From IMG/VR virus record IMGVR_UViG_3300017989_000017, positions 1 through 56,806 of that record: a stretch of 56,806 nucleotides of DNA; one strand, given 5' to 3'. Position 1 is the stretch's first letter; each line of letters starts with the position of its first letter. A program made the translations under genes and the position numbers. The notes beneath the pieces were generated by a model. The model ran no database searches and had not been told where the DNA came from. It saw only the letters and a list, made by a program, of their open reading frames with translations. This DNA is from a virus. Taxonomy: Duplodnaviria; Caudoviricetes. Shown one piece after another: positions 45,626-55,601 of this stretch.

Positions 45626-48460
45626 ATGGCAGCCAAGAAGCGCGGGGCCAAGCGCACGACTCGGAAGACGACCGGCGGGAAGCGGACTGCCCGCGTCGTC
45701 CCCGTCGAGGCTGCCGTCGAGGACGAGGTCTCGAAGACGAAGGACGTTTTCGCGTCCGGCGAGACCGGCCTTGTTGCTGGCCCGGCGATCCAGGTTGGCG
45801 AGGACCCGGTCGCCGACCTGACGGGCCTGGCCGAGCACTCGACCACGAACGGGCACTCGAAGGGCATCACCAGCGGCTTCGTCGACGAGCCGGGCATCAG
45901 CTCGTTCATCCGCCGCCTCTACCCGGGCACGCAGGTTGGCGACGTCATCGAGGACCCGTTCCGCGAGAACGCTCGGGTCTTCTCGGCCATCTCCATGATC
46001 GCCGACGCCGCGATGTCGGTGCCGATCGTGGTGTTCGATGGCAACCCCGAGGTCGACGAGGACGCGAAACCGGTCCCCGAGGGCGACCCGATCGTCCAGC
46101 TCCTGAAGACCGTCAACCCGCTCATGTCGCAGTCAGAGCTGCGCGAGCGGATGGCGCTGTCGATGGAGACGACCGGCGGCGTCTTCTGGATGCTCACCGA
46201 CAGCGGCGGCAACGACGTCGCCGCGACCAACCCGGAGCGCCCCGACAGCGAGATTGCGCTGCCCGAGGAGATCTGGCCGATCTCCCAGGCCGCCGTCTCC
46301 CCGGTGCGTGACGAGACGACGGGCCTGCCGGTCGGGTGGCGCCAGACGCTCGCGAACGGCAAACAGGTCATCCGCTCGACCGCGTCGATGCTGCACTTCC
46401 GCTACCCCAGCTCGAAGGGTGGTGTCATGGGCCTCGCGCCGATGGAGGTCGCGCGTCGCCGAGCGCAGCAGGAGCACCGGGCAGCGATCTACCAGGACTC
46501 GATCCTGCGCAACGGTGGCGATCCTGGCGGGATCATCATCCAGAAGTCGGCGATGCGGCCCGAGGTGCGCAAGCGCTTCGAGCGCACGATGCGCGAGAAG
46601 TTCAACGACGGCGCGCAGGCCGGCGACACCCGCGTCCTCTACGGGGACGTCGAGTACCACGCCAACCCGGTCACACCGAAGGACATGCAGTACGCGACGT
46701 TGTTCGAGATGAACGACGCCGCGATCAGCGAGGTGTTCCGCGTCCCCGAGGCCCTCCTGATGGGCGGCGCGAACTACGCCGAGCACAAGTCGCAGCTGCG
46801 CGTCTTCTGGACGATCAAGATGCTCGCCGTCTTCGCCCGCTGGGAGGACGCGATCAACGTTCGCCTGCTGCCTCGCCTCCGGGGCACCCGCGGCGCCAAC
46901 TACCACGCGAAGTTCGACACGTCGAAGGTCGAGGCTCTGCAGGGTGACCTGTTGGAGATGGCCCAAGCGGCGAAGGCGCTTCGCGATCTCGGTGTCCCGC
47001 TGAACCAGGCGCTGCGCATGGCGGGCATCCAGACCGATCCGATCCCCGGCGGCGACGAACCGCTCGTCCCGACGACCCTCACTCCGCTTTCGAGCCTTCT
47101 GGACGAAGACGAGGACGCAGACGGAGATACGCCGGCGGGGACTTCCAACGACGACGACGAGGTCGTGGTCGAAGACGACGAGGACTCCGACAGCGACGAG
47201 TCGCCGGAGAGTGAGGAGGGCGACGAAGAGCGCTCGAAGCTCGACGCCGAGGTCCGCGCGCTGTCGGGCAAGAGCGTCACCGAGCGTCTGCGCGACGGCG
47301 AAACGCGCGACGCGGTGAAGCGGGTGGTGGCCGAGTCCCTGGCGAAGCTCGGTCTCCGCAGCCCCGATGGGGGGGCGGCCAACGGGAGCGGCGACACATC
47401 TGGCCGTGCCGTCGCTCCCACTGCCGCCGCGAAGGAGACGCCCGAGGAGGGCTACAAGCGGCGCCGCGCGCTGATGCGGAACATGGAGCGTCGTCGCGAG
47501 AAGAGCGACGCCCGCATCGCCGCCCGCGCGCGGAAGTGGGGTCGCGCGCAGCGGGCTGCGCAGCTCGCCCACCTCGACAAGGTCGCGAACGGTCGCTCGA
47601 AGTCCGCTCCGGCGCCCACCCGTCGTCGCTGGGGCATGAGCCGCAGCCAGGCCGAGGGGCTCGTCGACGCCCTCGGCTTCGATCTGTGCCTCACGGTCGA
47701 GAACGAGAAGGCGATCGAGCAGTGGTGCGCGCGCAACCGTCGCCTCGCGACGACGCGCAACCTGGACGACCTGATCACCGAGTCGCTGCTCGTGAAGGCG
47801 CAGCTGACGAAGAAGGAGCTGGACTCCCTCATCGTCGCGGCCCGCGCGCCGAAGCACTGGGAGGCCGAGTTGCGCAAGCTGTTCCGCGACGCGTTCCGCT
47901 CGGCCTACGACGACGGCGCCGCTGCCGTCGCGAGCGAGCTGGGCGCCGAGGCGCTCGACTTCGACCGCGCCGCGCAGGACTTCATCTCCTCGAAGCTGAT
48001 CAAGGTCTCCGAGGGCGTGAACTCGACGAACGCCGACCTCCTGCGTCGCGCGCTCGCGAAGGCGTTCGCCGAGTCGCCGACAGACTCGACGGGCACCATT
48101 GCCGAGCGGCTGCGTGAAGTGCTCGAACCGGCCAAGACCGCCTCGCGCGACGTCTACACTTCGTTCCACAAGCGAGCGAAGACCATCGCCCGCACCGAGA
48201 CGGGCGCGATCGACAGTCACGTTCGGCAGGAGTCGTTCATCGCGAGCGGCGTCGAACTCCACGAGTGGGTCGCTGCCGGCGACGACCTCGAACGCCCGAC
48301 GCACGATTCGATCGACGGAGCGACCGTTCCGGTCGGCGAGTCGTTCGAGCTGCTGCAGGCGAACGGGTCGATCGTCGAGATGAAGCATCCCCACGATCCT
48401 TCGGGGCCAGCCCACGAAGTCGTCAACTGCCGCTGCGGCGCATTCCCCGTGATCGAATAG
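45626..48460 (+). CDS. Portal protein (HK97 family) fused to MuF/minor head domain
   Basis: VFSAISMIA, VNPLMS, LHFRY, GLAP, NGG.PGGII, ISEVFRVP; C-terminal RAKTIARTE...W....D..R.TH...HP.DP....EVVNCRC. Confidence 0.92.
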   Translation: MAAKKRGAKRTTRKTTGGKRTARVVPVEAAVEDEVSKTKDVFASGETGLVAGPAIQVGEDPVADLTGLAEHSTTNGHSKGITSGFVDEPGISSFIRRLYPGTQVGDVIEDPFRENARVFSAISMIADAAMSVPIVVFDGNPEVDEDAKPVPEGDPIVQLLKTVNPLMSQSELRERMALSMETTGGVFWMLTDSGGNDVAATNPERPDSEIALPEEIWPISQAAVSPVRDETTGLPVGWRQTLANGKQVIRSTASMLHFRYPSSKGGVMGLAPMEVARRRAQQEHRAAIYQDSILRNGGDPGGIIIQKSAMRPEVRKRFERTMREKFNDGAQAGDTRVLYGDVEYHANPVTPKDMQYATLFEMNDAAISEVFRVPEALLMGGANYAEHKSQLRVFWTIKMLAVFARWEDAINVRLLPRLRGTRGANYHAKFDTSKVEALQGDLLEMAQAAKALRDLGVPLNQALRMAGIQTDPIPGGDEPLVPTTLTPLSSLLDEDEDADGDTPAGTSNDDDEVVVEDDEDSDSDESPESEEGDEERSKLDAEVRALSGKSVTERLRDGETRDAVKRVVAESLAKLGLRSPDGGAANGSGDTSGRAVAPTAAAKETPEEGYKRRRALMRNMERRREKSDARIAARARKWGRAQRAAQLAHLDKVANGRSKSAPAPTRRRWGMSRSQAEGLVDALGFDLCLTVENEKAIEQWCARNRRLATTRNLDDLITESLLVKAQLTKKELDSLIVAARAPKHWEAELRKLFRDAFRSAYDDGAAAVASELGAEALDFDRAAQDFISSKLIKVSEGVNSTNADLLRRALAKAFAESPTDSTGTIAERLREVLEPAKTASRDVYTSFHKRAKTIARTETGAIDSHVRQESFIASGVELHEWVAAGDDLERPTHDSIDGATVPVGESFELLQANGSIVEMKHPHDPSGPAHEVVNCRCGAFPVIE

Positions 48461-48462
48461 CC

Positions 48463-50211
48463 ATGAGCCTGACCCTCGCAGAGAAGGTGCGCCTCGGCGC
48501 CGCGACCCCGGCCGAACTCGAATCGTTGTCGGCCGACGACCTGTTCGAGATCAAGACGAACGACGACCACACGCACTACCGCGGCAATGCGGTTCGTGCG
48601 ATCGAGGCTCCGGCCGGATACGCGAAGGACCGCAAGGTGCTGCGCCTGGTCGCGTCGACGAACGACAAGGACTACTACGGCGACTCGATCGAGGTCACCG
48701 GCGGGAAGACGAAGACCGGCGAGCAGGGCGCCGGCTGGAAGATCGACGACTACAACCGCCAGGGCGGCGTGTACCTGTGGTCGCACAACCTCGGGTCGGT
48801 GAAGGCTCCGATCGGCCAGGCGCTGAAGACCTGGAAGGGTCGCATCGGCATCGACGAAGCCGGGCAGGACAAGCTGAAGGCGAAGACCGGTGGCCAGACG
48901 AAGAAGGCGCTGCTGCAGGACGTCGAGTTCCTGTCCGCCGACGACGGGCCCGACGACCACTTCAAGTTCGCCGAGACGATCTACCTGCTGATGAGCGGCA
49001 AGGGCACGCGCTCGGGCAAGGGCGTCGGCGGCAGCTCGGTCGGCTTCATCCCGACGAAGTGGATCCGTCCCGAGAACGCCGAGGAGCGCGAGAAGCTCGG
49101 CCTCGGCCCGTGGGGGATCAAGTTCCTGGAGCAGACTCTCCTGGAGAACAGCGCGACGCCGACCCCGGCGAACCCGTTCGCCTCGGTGATCCCCGGCGCG
49201 GCCTCCCAGAAGGCGAAGGGTGCGTTCGAGCGCACCGTGCTGGAGGAGCTGAAGTTCATGGAGGCCGAGTGCCGCCACCTGATCAGCCCGACCCTCGTGC
49301 GCTTCTTCCGTGAGCGCGCGGTGCTCGGCCACGACGACGCCGCCGAGAAGCTGGAGGCGCGGGTCCGCTCGCGGGTCTTCATCTTCGACGACGTGGCGAA
49401 GGCGGCCGGCTTCGACGTGACCACGGGCGACGCCACGGACTGCCTGGTCGTTCCGAAGGCGATCCCCGACGAGACCGGCGAGGTCGAGGAGCCCGCGGAC
49501 CGCGGCGGCCAGGGAGCCCTCCTGCGGGCCCTGGGCGGCTCCGAGGGCGAAGAGGCCCCGGAGGGCGCGGAGGAGGCCCCGGAGGGCACCGAGGCGCAGG
49601 AGGCGAGCCCGGAGGCCCCCGAGGCCGGTAGCGAGGGGAAGTCGGCGGTCCCCCAAGAGTCGGCCGCGTTCGGCGTGTGGAACGCTGAGGGCAAGCTGGT
49701 CGCCGTCTCCGACGATCAGGACGACGCCCAGACTGCGTGCCCCGAGGGCGGTAGCTGGGGCGAGATCACCGTCGTCCCGAAGCTGGCGGACGCCGAGAAG
49801 GCGGGCGCCCCGGCCCGTCCGGAGATCCGCGCCGACCGCGGCGAGGACGAGGTCCGCATCGTCATCGACGGCGAGGCCCGCAGCGTGATCGAGCGCGCGT
49901 ACGACGCCGCCGACCTCGCGATGGCGACCCTCGGCGCGATCCTCGACGCGACCGAATCGAAGACCACCGACCCCGAGTTCGAGTCGTCTCTCGGGGGCGG
50001 CACCGCTTTGGACCAGCTCGTCGAGCGCCTGGACAAGGTGCTCGACCGGCTGGAGACCGAGCCCGGCGAGAAGGCGACCTCGCGAACGGGAAGCGATCAG
50101 AACGTGACGGAGGCCGAGGGCGACGAGTCCGAGGCCGAACCCACCACCACCGAAGAGGCCGTCGCGAAGACGCTGAACGACCTCCTCCGAATCCTTTCCG
50201 ACCAGCAGTAG
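48463..50211 (+). CDS. Prohead protease (HK97/S78-like) with acidic scaffold-like extension
   Basis: ASTNDKDYYGD, LWSHN, PIG, SSVGF, LLENSATPTPANP. Confidence 0.88.
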   Translation: MSLTLAEKVRLGAATPAELESLSADDLFEIKTNDDHTHYRGNAVRAIEAPAGYAKDRKVLRLVASTNDKDYYGDSIEVTGGKTKTGEQGAGWKIDDYNRQGGVYLWSHNLGSVKAPIGQALKTWKGRIGIDEAGQDKLKAKTGGQTKKALLQDVEFLSADDGPDDHFKFAETIYLLMSGKGTRSGKGVGGSSVGFIPTKWIRPENAEEREKLGLGPWGIKFLEQTLLENSATPTPANPFASVIPGAASQKAKGAFERTVLEELKFMEAECRHLISPTLVRFFRERAVLGHDDAAEKLEARVRSRVFIFDDVAKAAGFDVTTGDATDCLVVPKAIPDETGEVEEPADRGGQGALLRALGGSEGEEAPEGAEEAPEGTEAQEASPEAPEAGSEGKSAVPQESAAFGVWNAEGKLVAVSDDQDDAQTACPEGGSWGEITVVPKLADAEKAGAPARPEIRADRGEDEVRIVIDGEARSVIERAYDAADLAMATLGAILDATESKTTDPEFESSLGGGTALDQLVERLDKVLDRLETEPGEKATSRTGSDQNVTEAEGDESEAEPTTTEEAVAKTLNDLLRILSDQQ

Positions 50212-50215
50212 AACC

Positions 50216-51502
50216 ATGAACATCACCAGCACCGACACGGCCGAGCAGATCGCCGAGAAGCTGAAGAGCATCGTCAACAAGCGCGTGGCCGAGGAGTCGG
50301 CCGCTCGCGACGAGAAGACGAGCGACCTGGAGCAGCGCTACATGCAGCTCAAGGAGGGCCTCGACGCGATCTCCGAGCGCCTCAAGTCGAACGCCCACCA
50401 CGGCGCCTCGTACGTCGAGGGCGCCGACGACGCCTTCAAGACCGACAACCCGGACAAGCAGTTCAACCTGCACCGCGGGCTCGTCGGCTGGCACACCGAC
50501 TTCAACTACGACAAGACCCCGTACGGCGACCTCGCCGGCGAGAAGTCGCTCTGGCCCGAGCGTGACATCCTGATGGAGGCGACGAAGAAGGCGCAGAGCG
50601 CCGACGTCGACATCGAGGGTGGCTTCGCCGTTCCCGAGCAGTTCATGGCGGACTTCATCCCGATCCTGCTCGCGCGTTCGATCGCGGCGCAGCTCGGCGT
50701 CCGCTTCGAGACCGGCTTCTCCGGCTCGCCCGTGGTCTGGCCGAAGATCACCCGCGCCGCGCAGGCGTACTGGGTCGGCGAGAACACCGCGCCGACCGAG
50801 ACCGACATCGAACTCGGTCAGGTGAGCATGGAGCCGCACGACCTGGCGGCTCTCGTCCCGATGTCGAACCGCCTGCTCCGCATGAGCGCCGGCGGCTTCG
50901 AGGCGATGTTGCGCAACCACCTCGCGCGGATCATGGCCCTGAAGCTCGACCTCGCGGTCTTCAAGGGCACCGGTGCCAGCGGCGAGCCGCTCGGCATCCA
51001 GAACGTCCCGTCGGTCCCGACGCTCGACTGGGACACCGTCCCGGCCGCCGCGGAGAAGGGCGACGCGTCCACCATCCAGAACATCACCGACAAGCTGTCG
51101 ATCATGATGGAGACGGTGGACACCTCGAACGCCCTCGAAGGCGAACTGGGCTGGGCTGCGCACCCGCAGGTGCTCGGCTACTTCCGCGAGGTCAAGGACA
51201 CGGACGGCCACCCGCTGTTCAAGTTCGGCGACCCGAACGAGACCGGCGAGCGTCAGCTCTACGGCTACCGCCTGCTGACCTCGACGCAGCTCGCCAACGG
51301 CGACCCGGCCGACTTCATCTTCGGCAACTGGGCCGACGCGATGGTCGGGCAGTGGGGGACGATGGTCCTCGACAGCTCGATGCACGCCGGCAACGCGTTC
51401 TTCAAGCGTCAGACCTACATCCGCGCGCACCTCGCCGCGGACGTCGGCGTGATGCACGAAGAGTCCTTCGTCCAGGCGACCAACTTCGACGCCACGGCCT
51501 AG
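50216..51502 (+). CDS. Major capsid protein, HK97 fold
   Basis: GGFAVPEQF, AYWVGE, LAALVPMSN.LL, LD.A.FKGTG..GEPLGI, D.DG.PLF, LYGY, FGNW. Confidence 0.96.
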   Translation: MNITSTDTAEQIAEKLKSIVNKRVAEESAARDEKTSDLEQRYMQLKEGLDAISERLKSNAHHGASYVEGADDAFKTDNPDKQFNLHRGLVGWHTDFNYDKTPYGDLAGEKSLWPERDILMEATKKAQSADVDIEGGFAVPEQFMADFIPILLARSIAAQLGVRFETGFSGSPVVWPKITRAAQAYWVGENTAPTETDIELGQVSMEPHDLAALVPMSNRLLRMSAGGFEAMLRNHLARIMALKLDLAVFKGTGASGEPLGIQNVPSVPTLDWDTVPAAAEKGDASTIQNITDKLSIMMETVDTSNALEGELGWAAHPQVLGYFREVKDTDGHPLFKFGDPNETGERQLYGYRLLTSTQLANGDPADFIFGNWADAMVGQWGTMVLDSSMHAGNAFFKRQTYIRAHLAADVGVMHEESFVQATNFDATA

Positions 51503-51556
51503 GCCGTAGCCGAGAACGAACCCGCTCGAACAGACTCGAACGACAAGGACAAAGCC

Positions 51557-52000
51557 ATGACGGCCAACAACCTCGACAGCCACATCAACCACTCGGCGCT
51601 TCCGTCGATCGACATCAAGACGACGTCGGACGCCGCCGGTACCACCACCACCGCAGCCGTGGACCTGCAGGACAGCTCGGGCTGCCTGTGGATCTTCGAC
51701 CTGACGGACATCAACACCTCGGGCACGGTCGATTCGATCACCGTGCAGACCGACGACAACTCGGGCTTCTCGTCCGCGGCCACGGCCACGGACGGCGACG
51801 GCAACAACATCGCGTACACGACGCAGATCACGGCGACGGGGATCTTCATGGTCCGCGTCGACGCGAAGCACTGCGAGCGGTACGTGCGCCTGGCGATCGT
51901 GGACGCGACGGCCAACGTCGCCTTCGCCGTCGCCTCGCTGCCGTTCGGTTCGCAGTACAAGCCGAACCACGACTCGACCGAGCTGATCCTCTCGGCCTAG
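51557..52000 (+). CDS. Capsid decoration/cement-like protein (paralogue 1)
   Basis: Directly after MCP; beta sandwich with AVDL...VQTDDNSGF...ERYVRL. Confidence 0.6.
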   Translation: MTANNLDSHINHSALPSIDIKTTSDAAGTTTTAAVDLQDSSGCLWIFDLTDINTSGTVDSITVQTDDNSGFSSAATATDGDGNNIAYTTQITATGIFMVRVDAKHCERYVRLAIVDATANVAFAVASLPFGSQYKPNHDSTELILSA

Positions 52001-52017
52001 AACGACTCTCCTCCTTC

Positions 52018-52053
52018 GGAGCGGCGCCGGTTGGACATGGCCGGCGTCGCTCC
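52018..52053 (+). terminator. Hairpin downstream of the MCP-decoration genes
   Basis: ggagcggcgccgg/ccggcgtcgctcc stem followed by a pyrimidine run. Confidence 0.55.
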
Positions 52054-52085
52054 CCTTCCCCTGAACCAGACGACCAGACGACGAC

Positions 52086-52652
52086 ATGGGAGCCACGCAG
52101 AACTCGATCGACGCGCAGGTGGGCGAAGCCTTCGACCTGCTGCCTCTGCTCGCCTACCCGAACGGGACCTACAACCCGACGCCGTCGACCTACACCGGAG
52201 CGTTCGACGCCGGCCTGGGTACGTCGCGGGAAGGCTCGGGCATCGTCGACGTCTCCGACTACCGCGGGATCGTGATGCAGTGCGTCGTCTCGCGGCCGAG
52301 CGGTTCGGGTACGCCCGCCGTCTCGATCATCCCCCACCACGGGCCCTGCCCCGACTTCGTGACCCACGACCCGTTCGGCACGGGATGGGGATTCTACGTC
52401 AACGGCAAGGGCGCCGGCGCTCCGGGTACGACCGTGATGCGCAACGTCTTCATCGACACGCGCCGGATCATGTCGCACCTCTCCGTCGAGGTCACCGTCG
52501 CGGGCACGGCCGCCGGCTGCCTCCTCGGCGTCTACGCGATCCCGATCGGGCCGAAGGGATCGCGCTCCCAGATCGACTTCGACTCGGACGACCTGCTCGA
52601 CCTCTACAGCTCGGGCGATCGCTCCTTCCCCATCTCCACGAAGATCCCCTAG
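52086..52652 (+). CDS. Decoration-like protein (paralogue 2)
   Basis: IVDVSDYRG...FIDTRRIMSHLSV...AIPIG. Confidence 0.5.
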   Translation: MGATQNSIDAQVGEAFDLLPLLAYPNGTYNPTPSTYTGAFDAGLGTSREGSGIVDVSDYRGIVMQCVVSRPSGSGTPAVSIIPHHGPCPDFVTHDPFGTGWGFYVNGKGAGAPGTTVMRNVFIDTRRIMSHLSVEVTVAGTAAGCLLGVYAIPIGPKGSRSQIDFDSDDLLDLYSSGDRSFPISTKIP

Positions 52653-52661
52653 AGCACCGAC

Positions 52662-53210
52662 ATGGGCGCTTCCAACAAGTCGATTCGAACGATCGTCGGG
52701 CCGCCGGTCATGCTGATCCAGCCGCAGTTCTGGAACAACTCGACCGACCCGGCGACGGACAAGGTGTTCGGGCTCGACGCCGACACGCTCGCGGGCGCTG
52801 CCGGTGACCCGGCGCCGTCGGTGCTCGACCTCAACGGCTACCGCGGCGCGATCGTCACGGTCTGGCACTCGCCTCGCGCGGGTGGCGCGGGGGCCCAGTC
52901 GCAGTTCCGCATCAAGCACGGCGACGCGGCGGATAGCGACACGCACGAATTCCTCGACGACGACGTCGGGGGCTGGGGCTTCTTCCGCGTGTCGACGGCC
53001 GGCCTCGGCTTCCCGCGTCCGCTGACGTTCCTCATCGACGCGAAGAACGTGAAGCGCTACCTCTCGGCGAGCCACGAGGCGAACGGGAACCAGTACTACG
53101 CGGCGACGGCGATGCCGATCGGGCCGATCTACGCGAAGAACGACCTGGACGACACGCGCGATCTCTTCATCACCGGGAGCGGCGAGCTGTCGTTCCCGGA
53201 TCTCTCCTGA
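52662..53210 (+). CDS. Decoration-like protein (paralogue 3)
   Basis: VLDLNGYRG...LIDAKNVKRYLSA...AMPIG. Confidence 0.5.
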   Translation: MGASNKSIRTIVGPPVMLIQPQFWNNSTDPATDKVFGLDADTLAGAAGDPAPSVLDLNGYRGAIVTVWHSPRAGGAGAQSQFRIKHGDAADSDTHEFLDDDVGGWGFFRVSTAGLGFPRPLTFLIDAKNVKRYLSASHEANGNQYYAATAMPIGPIYAKNDLDDTRDLFITGSGELSFPDLS

Positions 53211-53234
53211 ACCTGAAACCCAAGGGGGCCACCC

Positions 53235-53705
53235 ATGACCCGCAAGCGAGGACGCGCACAGGCGCACGAGATCGTCGAGAAAACGGAGCAGGCCCAGGCC
53301 GGCGTCGTCACGGAAGAGCCGCAGGCCGAGACGAAGGCGGATGGCGAGGTCGTCCCGATCTACGTCGTCAAGAAGCACGGCGCGATCTACTGGGAGCGCG
53401 GCGGCGAGCTGCGAGGCACCGAGGGCTACGCGGTGCGCGGCGACGACCCGTTCATCCAGTACTACTTCCGCGAGGACCAGCCGGGCATGGTGCCGGCGAT
53501 GCTGGTCCGCGACGACACGGCGACGCCGGACCCGCCGTCGAACTGGCCGCAGCACTACCGCAAGAAGGCCGGCCCGGCGTTCATGACCGCGCTGGAGAAG
53601 CAGTCGATGGCGGCGGCCCGCGAGCGCAAGCTCAAGGAGGCCGCAGAGGCGAAGGCGAACGCCGAGAAGATCCTCGGCGAGATCCCGGAGCAGGACGAGC
53701 TGTGA
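53235..53705 (+). CDS. Hypothetical protein
   Basis: 156 aa; agggggcc RBS. Confidence 0.6.
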   Translation: MTRKRGRAQAHEIVEKTEQAQAGVVTEEPQAETKADGEVVPIYVVKKHGAIYWERGGELRGTEGYAVRGDDPFIQYYFREDQPGMVPAMLVRDDTATPDPPSNWPQHYRKKAGPAFMTALEKQSMAAARERKLKEAAEAKANAEKILGEIPEQDEL

Positions 53706-53980
53706 GCATCTTCGTGCCGCAGAAGGTCGCCGACGAGATCGAGCGCGAGCGTGCCCGCAAGGTGCGCCTGGAGACGACCCTACTTCGCTTCGAGGTAGAG
53801 GTCGCGGCGAAGGACGTCGTGTCGATCCAGCGATCCTCGGGGCTTTTCCGCGGCGAGCATGCCGGCGGCACGACCCTGCGCATGCGTGACGGCAAGAGGG
53901 TCTTCGTCGCCGACTCGACCGAGGTCGTCGCCGCGAAGTTCCGTGCCGCCGACATCCCCTGCCCCGAGGAACTCTGCTGA
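53702..53980 (+). CDS. Hypothetical protein, FlbD-like small beta domain
   Basis: DVVSI...TTLRMRDGKRVFVADSTEVVAAK. Confidence 0.45.
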   Translation: MSIFVPQKVADEIERERARKVRLETTLLRFEVEVAAKDVVSIQRSSGLFRGEHAGGTTLRMRDGKRVFVADSTEVVAAKFRAADIPCPEELC

Positions 53981-54600
53981 TGCCCGCACTCGCTCTGACC
54001 ACGCTGGCCAACGTCAAGGTGCTCGCGAAGGAGACCGGATCCTCGGATACCGACTTCGACGCGATCGTCGGTGCGTTGATCACGGCTGTGTCGGAGCGAG
54101 CGCAGAGCTACATCGGGCGGGAGTTCGCGACCGCGGCGCGCACCGAGCTGTACTCGATCGGCATGCGTACGCGGTCGATCTTCCTCCGCAACCCGGCGGT
54201 CGACACGGGGCAGACCTTCGAGATCCGCAACGACCTCCTTCGGAACTTCACCGGCGACGCGATGAGCGACGACACGTACTCGCTCGACGCGGAGTCGGGC
54301 GAGATCTACTTCGTCTCCTCGCTGCTTGCTGGCCCGAACGTCCTGCAGGTGATCTACACCGGCGGGATGGCCGCCGACGCGGCCACCCTGCAGGCCACGT
54401 ACCCCGACCTGGAGTTCGCCGCCCGGCGCCAGGTGCTGCACGAGTTCAACCGGCGCATGTCGCCCGGCGTGAAGCGCGCGACGTCTCGTCGTGGCAAGCA
54501 GAGCACGGAGGGCGAGGGCGAGCTGAACTGGCTCGACTCGACGCGCGAGGTACTCGACTCGTTCCGCCCGACGTGGATGGGCGAAGAGGGGGTCTTCTAG
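53980..54600 (+). CDS. Head-tail connector/adaptor (gp6/gp8-like)
   Basis: LTTLANVK...D.....LI.A....AQSYIGR; V.YTGG; PDL..A. Confidence 0.8.
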   Translation: MPALALTTLANVKVLAKETGSSDTDFDAIVGALITAVSERAQSYIGREFATAARTELYSIGMRTRSIFLRNPAVDTGQTFEIRNDLLRNFTGDAMSDDTYSLDAESGEIYFVSSLLAGPNVLQVIYTGGMAADAATLQATYPDLEFAARRQVLHEFNRRMSPGVKRATSRRGKQSTEGEGELNWLDSTREVLDSFRPTWMGEEGVF

Positions 54601-55245
54601 GTGGTCGAGGTCAAGACCAACGCCGACGACTTCGATCGGCGGGTTCGCGCGTTCGCTCGCATCTTCCCCGAGGAGTTCGACACCGCGCTGAACAAGCTCG
54701 GCGCGCGCTGGCTCCGCGGCATGGCCGGCCGGCTGAGTCGCGACTCGCGCAACCGTTCGCGGACCAAGGTCCGCTGGCGAACCGGCCGTCTCGCACGCTC
54801 GTTCTTCTTCAACCTGAACGGCAAGGGCGGGAAGCTCGAAGGCAAGGAGCTGGCGTTCGGCTCGCGCATGCCGGGGCAGACCAACTACGCCGGTGTCCAC
54901 GAGCTGGGCACGCGCGGCGCCGGCGGCACGCTGCCGACGATCCGCCCGACCCGCAGCCAGTACCTCGCGATCCCGCTGCAGGCGGCGTTTGAGGGCACTG
55001 CCGAGGCGCGGCCGACGTCGGCGTTCCGGCCCGACTCCTTCGTCCTGAAGGCCGCCGACGGGCGCCTGTTCATCGTGCGGCGCTCGGGCGACGGCCTGCA
55101 GCTGCTCTTCAAGCTCCAGAAGACCGTCGACATCCCGCCGCGGCTCGGCATGCGCGACACGATGCGCAGCGTGCTGAAGAACAACCTCCGGCGCGAGACG
55201 CTCGCCGCGCTCGACCGGGCGGCGAGGAAGGCGTTCGTAGCATGA
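54601..55245 (+). CDS. Neck/tail completion protein (HK97 gp10-like)
   Basis: RTGRLARS, YAGVHELG, YLAIP, VDIPPR. Confidence 0.75.
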   Translation: MVEVKTNADDFDRRVRAFARIFPEEFDTALNKLGARWLRGMAGRLSRDSRNRSRTKVRWRTGRLARSFFFNLNGKGGKLEGKELAFGSRMPGQTNYAGVHELGTRGAGGTLPTIRPTRSQYLAIPLQAAFEGTAEARPTSAFRPDSFVLKAADGRLFIVRRSGDGLQLLFKLQKTVDIPPRLGMRDTMRSVLKNNLRRETLAALDRAARKAFVA

Positions 55246-55601
55246 CCTCGTTCGCCACCGTCGACGTCCTCGACGTCCTGCTCCCCTTCGCGGGCTTCAC
55301 CGAGACCGGCTCGATGCAGGCCGAGTCGACGAACTCGGGCGACCTGGTCGTGCAGGCGCGCGCCTTCTCGGGCCGCGTCGAGCGCTCGTGGTCGTGGGAG
55401 GTCACCTTCGACACGGTCGTCGCGCGCGATCGACTCCTCGACCTGCACGAACGCTCCGGGTACGGCGTGCTCCCGCTTCGCTGGACGCCTCCCGGCGAGA
55501 GCGAGATCAGCGTGTTCCTCACCTTCCCCGACGGCCTGCCGACGCGCGAGAACCCGGACCTCGGGCACTCGTTTCGGATCCAACTGGACGAGGTGCTCTG
55601 A
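55242..55601 (+). CDS. Small gpM/Dit-like protein
   Basis: RSWSW...LLDLHERSGYGVLPLRWTPP...FRIQLDEV. Confidence 0.5.
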   Translation: MTSFATVDVLDVLLPFAGFTETGSMQAESTNSGDLVVQARAFSGRVERSWSWEVTFDTVVARDRLLDLHERSGYGVLPLRWTPPGESEISVFLTFPDGLPTRENPDLGHSFRIQLDEVL

